DNA from: Octopus sinensis
Lineage: Eukaryota
Assembly (NCBI RefSeq): GCF_006345805.1
Contig: NW_021832224.1
Span: 372,001-436,000, forward strand
Length of the DNA: 64,000 nt
Reading direction: 5' to 3'
The translations under genes and the position numbers were made by a program. Shown here one piece after another: positions 35,291 to 48,572 of the stretch. The first letter of the stretch is position 1. Every line of letters begins with the position of its first letter. The notes below the pieces were generated by a model. It was not told where the DNA came from. It was given only the letters and a program-made list of their open reading frames with translations, and did no database searches.

Positions 35291-35646
35291 ATTTCAGACA
35301 CACTGGTATTTTGGACTTCTGTTATTAATGAATATCCTATCTTAAGTAAAAATGCACTGAAAGTAATAATTCTTTTTTCAGCCACTTATTTATGTAAAAT
35401 GGCAATGTCTTGTTATTCTGAAAAATAATGTTCGCAATTGACTTAGGGTGAAAAACGATGTGAGAATGGAACTTGCCAACATTGTACTAAAAATTGAACA
35501 GCTAGTTTCAAAAATCACACTAACTCTAAATATTATTATCTTTTAATTTCGTTAGCTTTTTTTATAAAATTGTTTTGTTACATGTGGTCCTCAGAAAAAT
35601 TTAACAGACTAAACTGGTTCCCAATCAAAAAAGTTAAGAGACACTG
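35290..35646 (+). mobile_element. hAT 3' end fragment (dimerisation domain remnant and terminal repeat)
   Basis: FWTSVINEYPILSKNAL...FSATYLC; end ...AAGAGACACTG followed by ATCTAGGG. Confidence 0.6.
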
Positions 35647-35689
35647 ATCTAGGGGGTGTTTATTATAATATGAGTAAAGGTATTTGTTT

Positions 35690-36330
35690 GAGATGTCCTT
35701 TGGCCGAAATATTCTTAGGATGTATCTGAGCTGCATTTATAAAAAGAGGAGTTGTACAGTAAGGCCGGTTTTATGTCATGTTGTATAATTTGATTTTTAG
35801 AGAGGCAGAAATTTGTTTAACTTGTAACCATATATTGTTTAGTCTTTTAAAAACAAAAGTTGTTAGTGGTTTTCTTTGTAGTATGTGCTCTGTATCTTCT
35901 AAAAGAGTGCCAAGTTTCTTTGTAGACTTCCATTTTTTCACGTGTCGTTGTTCGCATCGCCTAATTATTGTCTATTCTATTTTATCGGGGTTAATTTTCA
36001 GGAATGATTTTTAAAATGTGTTGACCAATTTATTGACAATACCTTCTAATTGGTGGTCTATTGTTGTGAGATCTATGTCATCTGCGTAGATGACTTCTGT
36101 TATATGCCTGGGATATTGTTCCTGGCTGTTTATAGAGTTGCCTTCAGGTATGCTATGAACAAAAACCGGAGCTAGGGCGTCTCTTCGAGGGGTGTCTTTT
36201 TTTGTTCCAAATAATCTAGATTTCTGTTTTCCAAACTGGATAAATAGTTGAGTAGAGGAGCGTAGATAACGAATTATTTGAATGGAATCTTCCTCGAGTA
36301 GTGTGTTAATATTTGTATCATCTTGACTCT
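35690..36330 (-). mobile_element. Decayed RTE RT fragment
   Basis: ITEVIYADDID, matching ITEVIYADDVD of the 52.8-kb element. Confidence 0.6.
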
Positions 36331-37333
36331 GCTGATTGAGTCAAATGTAGATTCTTATTATGTGCTACTCCTCTTTATGTTTTTGACATGAAAAACCCAC
36401 AAATTCACTTTGGCTAGCTCAAATATATACATGTAGTGGGGATTTTATTCTTTTCAGAGCGATTTGCCAAAAAGATGTTGCATAGTGATTTAAGTAGTAT
36501 GGTTGGTCTTAAGCTATTTAGCTTTTTTTCCTTTGTTTTATGTAGGGAAATTAATTTTCCGATTTTTATATTAGAAGTTTGTACCTGTAAATTTGAAGTT
36601 CGTAATAGCCAAATTGACTTGAAAATAGTATAGAGTGTTCCTCAAAATTTTTGTTCAGAATATGAATAAAAAGTTCAAGAAGCTTTTCAGGAGCGTCAAA
36701 AAATAGCGAAAACGAGACTTTACATTTACCATAAATGAAATAATTTAATTAACATAGATTAAAAAAATTCATTAAATTTAAATAGACTTCAATTATAGTT
36801 ACAAATGAAATTGATAATTTAGTAATAATCTTGAATCTAAAAGATTTTTCAGTCGACTTTATGCCGAACCTTCTTTTCTTAGAACCATTCAAAAAGGGCG
36901 AAATGGACTTGCTGTCTTCGGTTATCAATTTTCATAAACGATTCGAGATTCTCCTCTAGTAGTACTCTATCACGCTTTTTTAAGTAGATTAGAATCGAAA
37001 ACTCGTTTTTATTTTCCACTTTATGCTCTTAGGGGCCTCTCGGAACACGACCAGATTGATATATTCTTTAGTTTTTCTTCGTATTTTAAGAGAGTCGAAG
37101 TGGCTTTTGTACTACGTGGAGTCGTCAACAACTATTAAATTTTAATTTAAATCAGAAATATATCGGGAAAACCCTATAAATTCTGACAGTCAGCTTACCA
37201 TTGATCTGATTCGGTTTACCGTAACCAGAAAAAACCTTATAATTTTGATAAAAACTATTTTATTAATTAGTCAACTTTTATTATTTTATTTATTTATTTT
37301 TTTTATATAAAAATTTATTTACAAAAACAACTA

Positions 37334-38918
37334 CAGTCCGACCCCAAAATGGGGCAGACCCCAGGGGTGGGGCACCCTCGGATTTTGGGGCACCCCCGCA
37401 ATTTGGGGCACTTTATTCCAAAAGTACATTTTGGCAGAAAAAAAATAAAAATCGATAAAAAATTATGGAATTTTTGGGGCACCATAAAATCATTTATAAG
37501 AATTAAAATAAAATTATAATAAATTAATTATTTTTTGTTTTATTTTCAATTTATATTTTTTTTTGTTGTGGTTATGGATTACGAAACTAAATTGAAGATT
37601 GCTAAAGAAATTTTGAAGAAAAATTTATCTGAGAGGCAACTAATGAAAAAGTACAACACAAGTAAAGGAACAATATCAAGAATAAAACAAAATATTGTAC
37701 CTTTCTTGCAACACGGCAATACTATTTCTGAGGAATATGACACATTTAAAGCCGATAAAGATAAATTTGATGATCAAGTCTTTGAAATATTTCAAAGACT
37801 ACGCGTAGATAAAATTCCGATTTCAGGCCCTATTTTGAAAAAAATTGCCTTAGTTACAGCTTCAAAAATTGGATTTACTCTCTTTTAAAGCTTCCAATGG
37901 GTGGCTTGATAGATTTAAATTGCGGCATGAACTTCAATTCAAGTCAATATGTGGTGAAAAAGCTTCATGTGAACAAGGGAAAGAAAGACTCACTGTTCTT
38001 CTATGCTGCAGTTTAATCGGGGAAAAACTTAATCCATTGATTATTGGAAAATATAAAAAACCTCGGTGTCTAAAAAATTTTGATGTTCAAGATTTTGGGT
38101 TATTGTATTCATCTTCTCAAAATGCATGGATGACTGGAAAGACTTTTATGAGTTGGCTTACACTTATAAATGAATCGTTTTGAAAAACAACAGAAAAATA
38201 TTATTAATACTTGACAATGCGGGATGCCATAAAACTGCCGAATGTTCGAACATCGAATTTTTATTTTTGCCGAAAAATACAACGCCCTATTTACAACCTT
38301 TGGATATGGGAATAATCAAGATTTTTAAAGATTATTATTCCTCTTTCTTAATGGAATTTTTATGTTTTCAAGATTTCGAAAACGATTTTACACATTCTAT
38401 TGGTAAATTAAATTTGCGTCAGGTTATGATGCTAATTTAAAAAGGATGGGAGAAAATAGATGCTAAAAGTATTGTTAATTGTTGGAAGAAAATCGACAGG
38501 AACCGTGATTCTTATGCAACAAAAAACTGTCTAACAGATGAACATTTAGATCAAGTTGTTAACGAAACAATTGATGGAGAATGCGAAGACATGAACAATA
38601 ATGTTTATGATACATATTCAGAAACCGAAAATAGTGAAAATGTCGTAGCAAAAACAAAAGATCTGCTTAACAATTTAGAAGAAAAAATTTCTAATGTTGC
38701 ACCAAGTATGCTCCGAGATTTTTTTGATTTTCGGCTGAAATTGACGAACAATATCAGACAAAACTCTACAAATAAAAAGAAAATAACTGAATATTTTAGT
38801 AAAAATGTTTTTTGATGTTTTTATTAATGGTTAATTTTTAAAAAAATAACAAAACCCTGTTTTTGGGGCACCCCCGCATTTTGGGGCACTTGGTGCCCCA
38901 TTGGGGGGGGACGGACTG
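37334..38918 (+). mobile_element. pogo/Tigger-like transposon, TA TSD, internally deleted and frameshifted
   Basis: TA|CAGTCCG...CGGACTG|TA with GC-rich GGGGCAC subterminal repeats; CENP-B HTH (FKASNGWLDRFKLRH), ERLTVLLCC, ILDNAGCH, LQPLDMGII. Confidence 0.92.
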
Positions 38919-39302
38919 TAACACCGAAAATCGTTAAGTTCCAGCGGCGAAGACGCAGTGTGCGTTGCCCCGAACAATGGCCAGGCCGATGCGCTGGCGG
39001 AACCAGAGGCCCTCTCTCGAGTCCTTGAGCCTCCTCCCGATGGACTTCCCGACCTCTTTGAGGAACGAGTCAGTCTCCTTTCCTGCAACTTTTATCATTA
39101 ATTCTCATTCTGATTCTTCGGTGTGATTCTTTTCAAGGTTGAATTCATTTCATTTCTCAGAAATTTCAAAATTTTCAATTTTAACTATTCATGGATTCGA
39201 TTTTTATATTTTCAAAGATTTAAATATACGTTTATTTTTAAATGTAAGTCATTAAAATACTTAATCTTTTGATTCTATAAAAATTATTAGCAAATTTTTC
39301 GG

Positions 39303-41926
39303 TTATTTATTATTTTTATAAATGTAGCACCCGTCCCATACTCGGACTGTTAGATCCTCAGAAGAACTAATGTACTGAAACTAGAAAAAAAATGCCATAT
39401 ACCTGATTTTTTACCTGAATATGTTCAAGGGCTCTGATTGTATTTCGATGTCCTTTGTATGTCTTAATAATGTCGTATTTATCCGTTTCCCATACTCTTA
39501 TATTTACATTTACAAAATATACTTAATATTATTCCCAATTGCTGCCACTATGAAGCCTCCCAATTTATCTATGCACAATGTTGTTATTTCGCACGGATTA
39601 GAAAGGACTTTAATGCAGACATCTTTGTTCTAAAAAACTGGAACTCGAAAAATATCACCCAAACACGAATTGTCCAGTCTTCCGATCCGGTCACCCAACA
39701 TTTAATTTTTGAGTTCCATTTAACTTTGGTGACTAGTCCTTGATGATCAGTTAAATAATAAGATTGCTCCATTTTTAAAAGTGAATTGACAAAGAAAAGT
39801 TTACTGACAACAACTCCAATTGAAGATGAGCAAGCTACTTCTCCTTCACTAAAAAAATTAGTTGAGAGTTCACTCGCTGTAGTCAATATCAGTCAATATC
39901 AGTTCACACTTGAATGGTTTATTTTTGTTGATTTTCGTCAAGCCAGGAACGAGACTCTGCATCAAAATACCTCTAGAGAATAAAAATTGGAATTAACGTC
40001 CGATCTTCCAAGTCCCATACACTCACGCGCACATCCCAAGCGCAACTGATCTAATTATAGTCTGTATATGTCGTCACCAGGTATACTTTGCCTTCAAATT
40101 TGGCAGTGCAGAGTCCGCTTATATGAAGAGAATGTCCAGTGAGTGTGAATTGCTCACTCAGACCGACCAATTGCTTTATGAAAGTAAGATCCTGTTATTA
40201 TTAAATAAGAAATTACGGATTTTCCTAATTGCTTTGAATTATCGGGATCAGTTATTGGTATTAATATGCTAAACTTTTTTTCATAACATTCTTTGTCAAA
40301 AGCCTCTGCCAATATTTCGAGAGATTGACTATCATATCCCCAACAATCTGATTTATTAATTCAATCATTCACCTATGAGACCAGTTGCTCGGCCAATTAC
40401 TAGCACATCGTAATGGTCGACAAACAAAGTGCTTGTGATAGATTGAGATTTAATTTTCGGTTTCTAAGGTCTAAAATAAACACTTTACTAGTCTTAGGGC
40501 AATATCCCACATTTTAGTTGCTTTTTTCACATAAGGGAGACTGTCTGTTATGATCTTTCCAATTACCTGCTCACTTCTACCAAAAAATGAAAAGTTTTAC
40601 GTGTAAGAATATGAATTGAGTAATTGTTGTCCCCATTTTGTAATCCTCCCAAGGTCGTCTCCGCCGAATATAAGGTTTGTATGCCCGGAGGCTAAACTAA
40701 GAAGTAGAAATTACAATATGTCAGAGTTTCGACAGGAAAGGCACTTGGAAGAATAGTTACGCAGGCAGATGTCTCGTATTTCCAAATTATAATGTGTCGG
40801 TCACTAGTGGTCGCTACCCATAAAAGTATATTGGTAACCAAATATAATGTTGTATTCTGGAATAAAGTGGCAAAGTTGTAAGTAATAGCGAGGAATGGTG
40901 TTTTTGTTCATTTCAATAAGGGAATCTGTCACCTTTCTGTGTTTACATTAAAATTACGTCTTGTCCCGTTTTCAAGTCGTATATCCCGGGATATGGAGAT
41001 CCCTTAATAATCCACAACACTTTTAGTTTGGGGGAATAAGCAATTCCCGTAATTGGATACAGAAAGTCAGATATTCGATGAACCAGTTTACCGTCGACTG
41101 TCCATATCTTAACAATTTTGTCGAAAGATCCCGTAATAATCCTTTTATAATATTTAACGAAAAACCATGTGAATATTTCGTGGTCTTTCTCAACTAGGAG
41201 TGAAGTTATTCCAGCTTCGTGTGCCCGAGTGACTCTGCATAGTGATGAATTAACTTAAACTTCTTGAATGGTTGAATAGAAGACGAATCAATTAAGTTAT
41301 ATTCGTAGATAATGATATTCTGACTATAGCTGCAGATAGTCAACAAATCGAATTACCCAGCCGTATATATTCTGTTCTCAAAAACAACAATGCACGACAC
41401 AATGTCACCATGCGTATTGTCTATGTAAAGTGGAATGGAGTCGATATATTCCTCATCTATAATTCTACTCTCCAAGAATATACTTAGTTGGTACATTCGA
41501 ATTGCATATTTTGTCCCCACAAATAGTTTGTCTTTTAAGTGATCGATGTGCATACAATAAATCGGTGTTTTGAGCTACAAAATAAAAATTAAAAATACGT
41601 TTATCAGCTGAGAGCATTCGTTGTTACACAGCCAGCACGCAATGAAGCCATCTAATGATCCTGAGAAAATAATTTTTTCATTATTCCTTTTTGTTAATCA
41701 AAAAAATAACCACACAGCAAAACAAGTCACGCTTCCTTTATGTACACAACAGTTTACAGGAGAATATTTTCCTGTATCAATTTCCATGCTTTGAACGGAT
41801 CCGTCTAAATCGATTTCAAACTTAGGAACCTTCGAAACCAATCCAGAGTTCCCTTCTGAATATGTAATCTCCCAAAGCAGTAATTCTCTTTAAGTAATCA
41901 TCCTTTACTTTGCAATACACTTCCAT
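39303..41926 (-). CDS. WD40-repeat protein, ~705 aa, ~20 introns of 22-29 nt; orthologue not identified
   Basis: Manual splicing gives a continuous frame from ATG 41926 to TAA 39303; WD motifs FSGSLDGFIACW, WIITGSFDKIVKIW, HQGLVTKVKW...WVTGSEDWTIRVW, GHRNTIRAL...SSSEDLTVRVWD. Confidence 0.85.
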
Positions 41927-43332
41927 GGCGATTGTGAATTTAAAATATGTTTAAAATTATTTTATATAGTAATTTTTAAAACAAAAACCTTGCCTACTAA
42001 TTTTATCATTGATAATACTGTATTTTCATGTGTATAAGACGATTGGCTCATAAAACGCGTCCTACTTCACATGTTAGACTGATTCTATACAGCGAAAGAA
42101 GGAAAACAGTAAAGTAAGAAAAATTGAAGAAATTAACAAAAACATAATTCTAGAAATAAAGCGGTCTTTTGATTTGAGACTAACTTCAATGCGAGTATTT
42201 AATAAATATATCTTAAACTAAAATTTAAAAATAATAAAATAAAAATGAAATTTTCAGATTTTTTAAACAATTTATCAAAAGGTTTAATAATAATGGTTAC
42301 GAAATGCTTAATTTATTTTTTAATTATTAGCATTTATGCAGAAAATAATACAAAATTAAAAAAATAAACGTTTAAATTGAAATGAAAATTTTAAACGCTT
42401 TAATAAGACATGGTCATTGATAATATCAAAATAAATTAATACATTATACTGATCAAATAACTATTGGAATGGAAGCTTTGATAATTAAAACATATCTGCG
42501 TTGTATTTATTTGATAGAACACGTGACATAGATTTATGATATTATTTATTTAGAAAAGTAGAGATCTATCACAAATAGATAGATATATGAAAAATTACTC
42601 ATTCTGGCTTTTTTGATAGCTTTGAAAAAAAATTTGGGCACAGAGTCGATTTTATCAAAAATAATGTAGAGTTTGCTTACGTTTAACGTCGACTCTTCAA
42701 GCATCAATCTGGAAACTTGAAGTATGAGTGTTGATGCTTTACGCTTTAATTTTGAAGCTTGCGAGGGCCACAAAAATAAATTAAGGGGCCGCATTTGAGA
42801 ACCACTGATATAGGGCCTCTGGTCATTCTGCATACGGACAATGGAAAGGAATTTAAGAATACCGCGATGCATGAATTATGAAAAAAATATTTGATAAAAC
42901 ATGTTTTCGGCAGAGAATAGCTCCCCGAATCAAGTTAAATTTTATTTTTAAAGAAACGAATTCAATCAAGCTATTAAAGGATCGATTCCTTCAACAAGTG
43001 GGTCACGTGGTATCTGAACATTGTCAAAGACATTGTCTTTGATTATAACTTCGCTGTTCACGAAACAACTAAAAAATCCCGTTTAATGTGTCCATAACCC
43101 AGAAAAACCCTTAGGACATTCCTGAAAAATATTGAAATAATTTGATTTTGATTTGAAGAGCAAGAAGAAATTATTGATGTGCGTAAAATTGCTTATGACA
43201 ACATTCTTGTGGCGGCGAACAAAATAATCAAAAGACAAAAGTGGAAATACTACGAAGATCCAATAATTGAGGGTTATAAGAACTGACTCGAACGCAAATC
43301 GACCAAGGCTGCCTCTATATGATGGGCTAGAT

Positions 43333-44052
43333 CAGGGGTGTCAAACATGCCAAACATAAGTGCGGTCTGATTTAATGGAGCTCAGGAGTACTGTTGATGC
43401 ACATAATGTAATGAATTTTTCTCAGTATGAAAGACAACTAGAATCGTTGTTAAAGGAATTTCAAGAAAGATTTAATGATTTTTCGTCTTTTGAACAACAA
43501 TTTTCATTATTCGCATCACCATTCTCTTTTAATGTTTCCAATGCAGATGAAAGTTTACAAATGGAACTATTGGAAATCCAATCAGATTCTATACTTAAAG
43601 CTAAATATTTGGAGGTTGGAATACCTGCTTTCTTTTCATATCTTCCTGGAAAATTTAAAAACTTTAAAAAGTTTGCAACAAAAATCATTGCTATGTTGGT
43701 TTGACATATGTGTGTGAACAGCTTTTTTCATTTATGAAAATGACAAAAACTGCTCAAAGAACAAGACTAACTGATGAAAATTTATCCTCTTTAATAAAAG
43801 TCGGAACTACACAAATAGCTCAGCCTGACATATCAAAAATTGTATCCAAAAAAGATGTCAATCCTCTGGAAGCAGCTCTCACCAAAATTAAAGGGCGATA
43901 ATTGAATAATTTAGTTTCTCTTATTTTGGTTATTCATCATAATAAATATCAGAATTAATCTTCCCTTAATGAGAAATTGTTATAAATGTGGCCCTCGAAG
44001 CGAAATTGTTACAAAATGCGGCCCTCAAAGCGAAATGAGTTTGACACCCCTG
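43333..44052 (+). mobile_element. hAT (GTF2IRD2/SPIN-like) deletion derivative, 720 bp, 8-bp TSD GGCTAGAT
   Basis: TIRs CAGGGGTGTCAAAC / GTTTGACACCCCTG; C-terminal transposase remnant (YVCEQLFSFMK). Confidence 0.95.
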
Positions 44053-44399
44053 GGCTAGATGCTACAGTGTATTATGTCAACTCCGTTCAAAAAATTTTTA
44101 TTTTCTAAAAGATTTAAAACAGTGAAATCTGCGGACGGTGAAATTTAATAATTTAAAAATTTTTATTAAAGGTATATTTTCAAATGCTAATTAATAAACA
44201 CAAAGCGCAGTCTCTAAAAATAGTTAGGTTATTTGGGAATAATAATTTTAGAATGTAATGTCTATTGTCTTAATTTAATCAAAACAGAAAACCTATCTTA
44301 AGCATCATGTAAGTAAAATAAACTCTATTAACAGTTAGATAACCAAACTCCATTAGAAATACAGTGCTGGTAGAAAAAAATTGGTTTTGCAGTTAGTAA

Positions 44400-44854
44400 C
44401 TTTAAAAGCAGAATTCTCGAATTGAATATTTTTTGTAAGTTCTTCTACAGCTTTCTTTCGGGAATCACCAATTGGATATTTTGGGCGAAATTTGAGTGCT
44501 TTGTGTTAAAGTGTCTCTCTAAATTTGACTTTTTATTTTGATTCAATGTTTCCTGGCAGATGAGACATTTCGGTAGTTGTTCTGAATTAGACGTGAATGT
44601 AAAAGTTTCAGTCCATTTTGATTGAAAATGTCGCGCATTATCGATTTTTTTATTAATTTTTTTCTTGCTAGGCATATATCGATGTACCACAAAAAATTAA
44701 TGTTAAACGTGCAAAGATTTTTTGTTATTAACAAAACAAAAAAAATAGTTAAAAATTGAAATCATTTATAAAAAAATAGTTAAAAATTGAAAGAGCCTAC
44801 CGTAAGAGTTAAAGAGCCTTCAAAGGCTCGCGAGCCTGGTTTTGCCGACCCCTG
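44400..44854 (-). mobile_element. hAT 5' end fragment with BED-like zinc finger
   Basis: TIR CAGGGGTCGGCAAAAC; CLIC...NLERHFNTKH. Confidence 0.8.
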
Positions 44855-46187
44855 CACTACGGGACGTCGCCCAAGATCGTGAGAAATGGAATAAACTAAT
44901 TACCCTTATTGTTTCCTGTGCTGCACAAGCTTTGTCATGATCCATGGCATCGCGAAAGTGCCTATAATAATAATCGTAAACATGGAAATAACATTTTTAG
45001 ATAATTTTTTCCTCCATAATTTCAACTTTGGCTTAAATCCAGATACTTTTTAAAAGCTTCTATGTTTGCGATATTATTACCTTCAGGATAAAAAAAAAGA
45101 TTTACTTTGTATGGATAAATTTAATTGACTATTACTCAAAGGTAGTGTAGATTCAAACTCTTGGAAAGATCCATATCGTAACGATTCATAGCATAGGAAC
45201 ATGTAGCTGCACAACACGTTCCTCTTTGCATCCATGAAATGGTGCTCTTCTCGGGTGCTGTGGTCAAGCCCTTCTTAGCAGTCCACTTCTTTAACTCGGC
45301 AGTGTACGACTTCAGTCGTCTCCAAGACTGTGATATCCTTTTCGAGGTATCCATAACCAGGATATCATGAGCGTAGATGACAAGCTTGCCAGTACGTACA
45401 GACGGCATTGGAATATCCGACAAGACGAGGTTGAAAAGAAGTGGACTCAAGACAGATCCCTGCGGGACGCCCCTTCTAACTTTCACACATCCCGATAGGC
45501 GGTTTCCACAGCGAACAAAAGGGCTATGCGACAACTCGCCTATAGTCGAGTTGTCGCCTAACTCGCCTAAATTTATTTGGCGACAACTCGCCTACTTAAA
45601 ATAAATAAAAAATTTTATTTTTACCAGATTAAATCTAAATTAATTAAAATTTGAGGATCATGAGATAAAAAGCATGAAACTAGTTTTTGACCTGAAAGAT
45701 GCCGCAAAGGCGTCAGAAGACAGAACTATGAATGTGGTGTCAAGAAGCCTCATTGGAGCCAATGTTGACGTCATTAAAATCTTGCCAAAGGAACGTTCAT
45801 TGACTCGTCTCGTTCAACGGGAAAGAGAAACACTGATATCAAATTTTGTTGCGACCATTCCTGAAATTCCTGAAAGTTTGTGGTATAATGATCGGGGCGA
45901 AATTTTTTATCGCAAAGATTCTGGAATTAATGATGTAAATCGTTACGTCATTTTTTGTTCGGATTATCAGGTTGACATTTTGAGAAAATCAGATGTCTGG
46001 GTTATTGATGGTACCTTTAAAAGGGCTGCAATTTCCATTTCGGCCAAATCATATGGCGGAAAATACAATGTCTTGGTCTTGTGGGAGCCTACAAAGACGT
46101 TTCATCGTGGGAACGAAAATTATTGAGGAAATGCTACCATTTAGCTTTCATCCCTGTGGAAAATGTTTTATTGGAATTTGAAAAATT
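44853..46187 (+). repeat. Segmental duplicate of 33064-34586 (RTE tail, RT fragment, left part of MULE), lacking ~190 bp
   Basis: Near-identical sequence; differences mostly 1-nt indels. Confidence 0.95.
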
Positions 46188-46604
46188 ACTATGCCCCACT
46201 CGTTACCTCTGAGAAATATGATTTTTAATTTTTAAGAAAAATTAAAAAATCAATCATAATGCAATAAAATTCAAATTATATATAAAGTTAATTAGAGTAC
46301 AATTTAATGATATACTAAAAGATGCTTTAAAATAATAAATTAAAATAATATTTTTAATACAACAAAACATTATGACTGCTACGGACATTAAAACATATTT
46401 TAAATGATGTGAATTGTGTGAAAAGCTTAAAGCAACATAATTGATAGTTTATAAAATTTAAAATTAATTATTTTGTCCTTTATTTGATTCTTTTCATGTA
46501 AACTATCTTTGTATCTCCATTCGAAAATTCTACATTAACGCGGTTATAAGAAGATTGATTTGATCGTGACAGTATCACAACAAGCACTTTCAAATTTTTT
46601 CAAA

Positions 46605-46742
46605 CCCTAACCCCAAACCTTTGCCCTAACCTTTACCCTAACCCTAACCCCAACCTTTACCTAACCTTTACCCTAACCCCAACCTTTACCCTAACCTTTA
46701 CCCTAACCCTAACCCCAACCTTTACCCTAACCTTTACCCTAA
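46605..46742 (+). repeat. Telomere-like array, 138 bp, 23 hexamer-like units (CCCTAA, CCTTTA, CCCCAA) in a ~30-36-bp higher-order pattern
   Basis: Parsed directly; CCCTAA is the complement of TTAGGG. Confidence 0.92.
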
Positions 46743-47025
46743 AACTCCGTTCAAAAAATTTTTATTTTCTAAAAGATTTAAAACAGTGAAATCTGCGGAC
46801 GGTGAAATTTAATAATTTAAAAATTTTTATTGAAGGTATATTTTCAAATGCTAATTAATAAACACAAAGCGCAGTCTCTAAAAATAGTTAGGTTATTTGG
46901 GAATAATAATTTTAGAATGTAATGTCTATTGTCTTAATTTAATCAAAACAGAAAACCTATCTTAAGCATCATGTAAGTAAAATAAACTCTATTAACAGTT
47001 AGTTAACCAAACTCCATTAGAAATA

Positions 47026-48480
47026 CAGTGCTGGTAGAAAAAAATTGGTTTTGCAGTTACTAACTTTTTTGCGGATAGCATTCAATCTTCCAACTGAATT
47101 GAACTCTTTGAAGTTGATTAGATTTATAATTTTTTTATTTATAAAAAAATTTCATTAATCGTTTAACATTTTGAAGATTTAAATTTTTGCGTGTGAATAA
47201 AAAACCGGTTTGCTTTATTGAGTGATATTTTAGTTGTTGAATTTTGATTTTTATAAGAAAATGTTAAATGAAATAATTAAAGGAAAGATCCTTGCTCTTT
47301 TTGAGTTAAATTGGGCGATAAAAGATATCACAAAACATCTAAATACTCTAAAATCGACAATCGGAGATTTTCTTCGAAAATTCAAAAAATATAGAACTGT
47401 TGATAGGATTCCTGGTTCCGGACGTCCTAAAAAGCTTCAGAAAACAGACATTGAAATTCTATTACATCTTATTGAGTGCGATCCAAAAAAATCTTCTAAC
47501 ACGTTGAGGGATAAAATAAAACATTTAACTGGTAAGAATGTCTGTAGAAAGACAATCGGAACTTATTTAAATTCACATTTTCTCTTCGGAAGAGTATGTC
47601 AACGTAAAACGTTGCTTTCGAAGAAAAACATAATAACAAGATATGAATTGTCAAAAATTTTTATTCGGATGAACAATGACGCATGAAAACTATTATTTTC
47701 TCTGATGAAGCATCTTTTCAAATTTTTCCTACTAAAAAGGCAATATTTTTATCGAGAAAAAAGCTCATGTTATGAATTGAGCCATATAACGCCGACAGTA
47801 AAATTTGGTTGAGGTAGTGTTATGGTTTGGGGTTGTATCTCCTATCAAAAAGTGGAAAATTTAGTTTTTGTTAATGGAACACTCAATTCCGCTAAATATA
47901 TAAATGCAATAACGAATAATTTGTTTGTTTGGGCGCGAAAAATGGGACTAAATAAGTTCACTTTCCAACAAGATTTGGCCCCCTGTCATCAATCTGCGTT
48001 GACAACCAAGTTTTTTGAAGAAAATAAAGTTCCAATTCTTGATTGGGCTCCGCAATCTCCAGATATGAACCCAATGGAACATGTTTGGAGCATGATGAAG
48101 CAAAATTATTCATTAGATTTTGCAAAAAAATAAACTCGATCTCGAAGTCAAATTAATGAAAATTTGGAACGAATTGCCATCTGAAAATATTCGGAAATTA
48201 ATTGATAGTATGCCTAAAAGGTCATACGAGCTATTTATTAATCGAGAATACCACACAACATACTAACTGTTGATTTTGTTAACTCTTTTTGTTAAAACCG
48301 GTTTTTTATTTACATGCTAAAATTCAAATTTTTTAAATTTTCGCCGATTAATGAAATTTTTTAAAAGTAAAAAAATTATACTTATAATCAACTTCAAACT
48401 CTTTATTTCATTTGGAAAATTGATAGCTATACGCCAAAAAAGTTAGTAACTACAAAACCAGTTTTTTTCTACCAGAACTG
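47026..48480 (+). mobile_element. Tc1-like transposon with ~200-bp TIRs, TA TSD, inactivated transposase
   Basis: TA|CAGTGCTGGTAGAAAA...CTACCAGAACTG|TA; GSGRPKKL, IFSDEA, FQQDLAPCH, WAPQSPDMNPMEHVW. Confidence 0.92.
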
Positions 48481-48572
48481 TATTCAACTACTAACTCGAA
48501 GGAATGAAAATGATTATATTTTAAACAAATAATATCTAATTAAATGATTAGAAAGTAATATTAATCAGATTT

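Larger units (their letters stand above)
44079..47065. repeat. ~320-bp near-identical direct duplication (44079-~44400 and 46743-~47065) including the start of the Tc1 TIR
   Basis: Direct comparison; about 3 substitutions. Confidence 0.93.

Noticed and set aside
36850-37140. Copia-like integrase remnant (LIVVDDS...)
   Set aside because: Single weak motif with stops; not enough support.
38831-39088. 85-aa GC-rich minus-strand ORF
   Set aside because: It runs through the pogo TIR; no domain recognised; probably a decayed repeat fragment.
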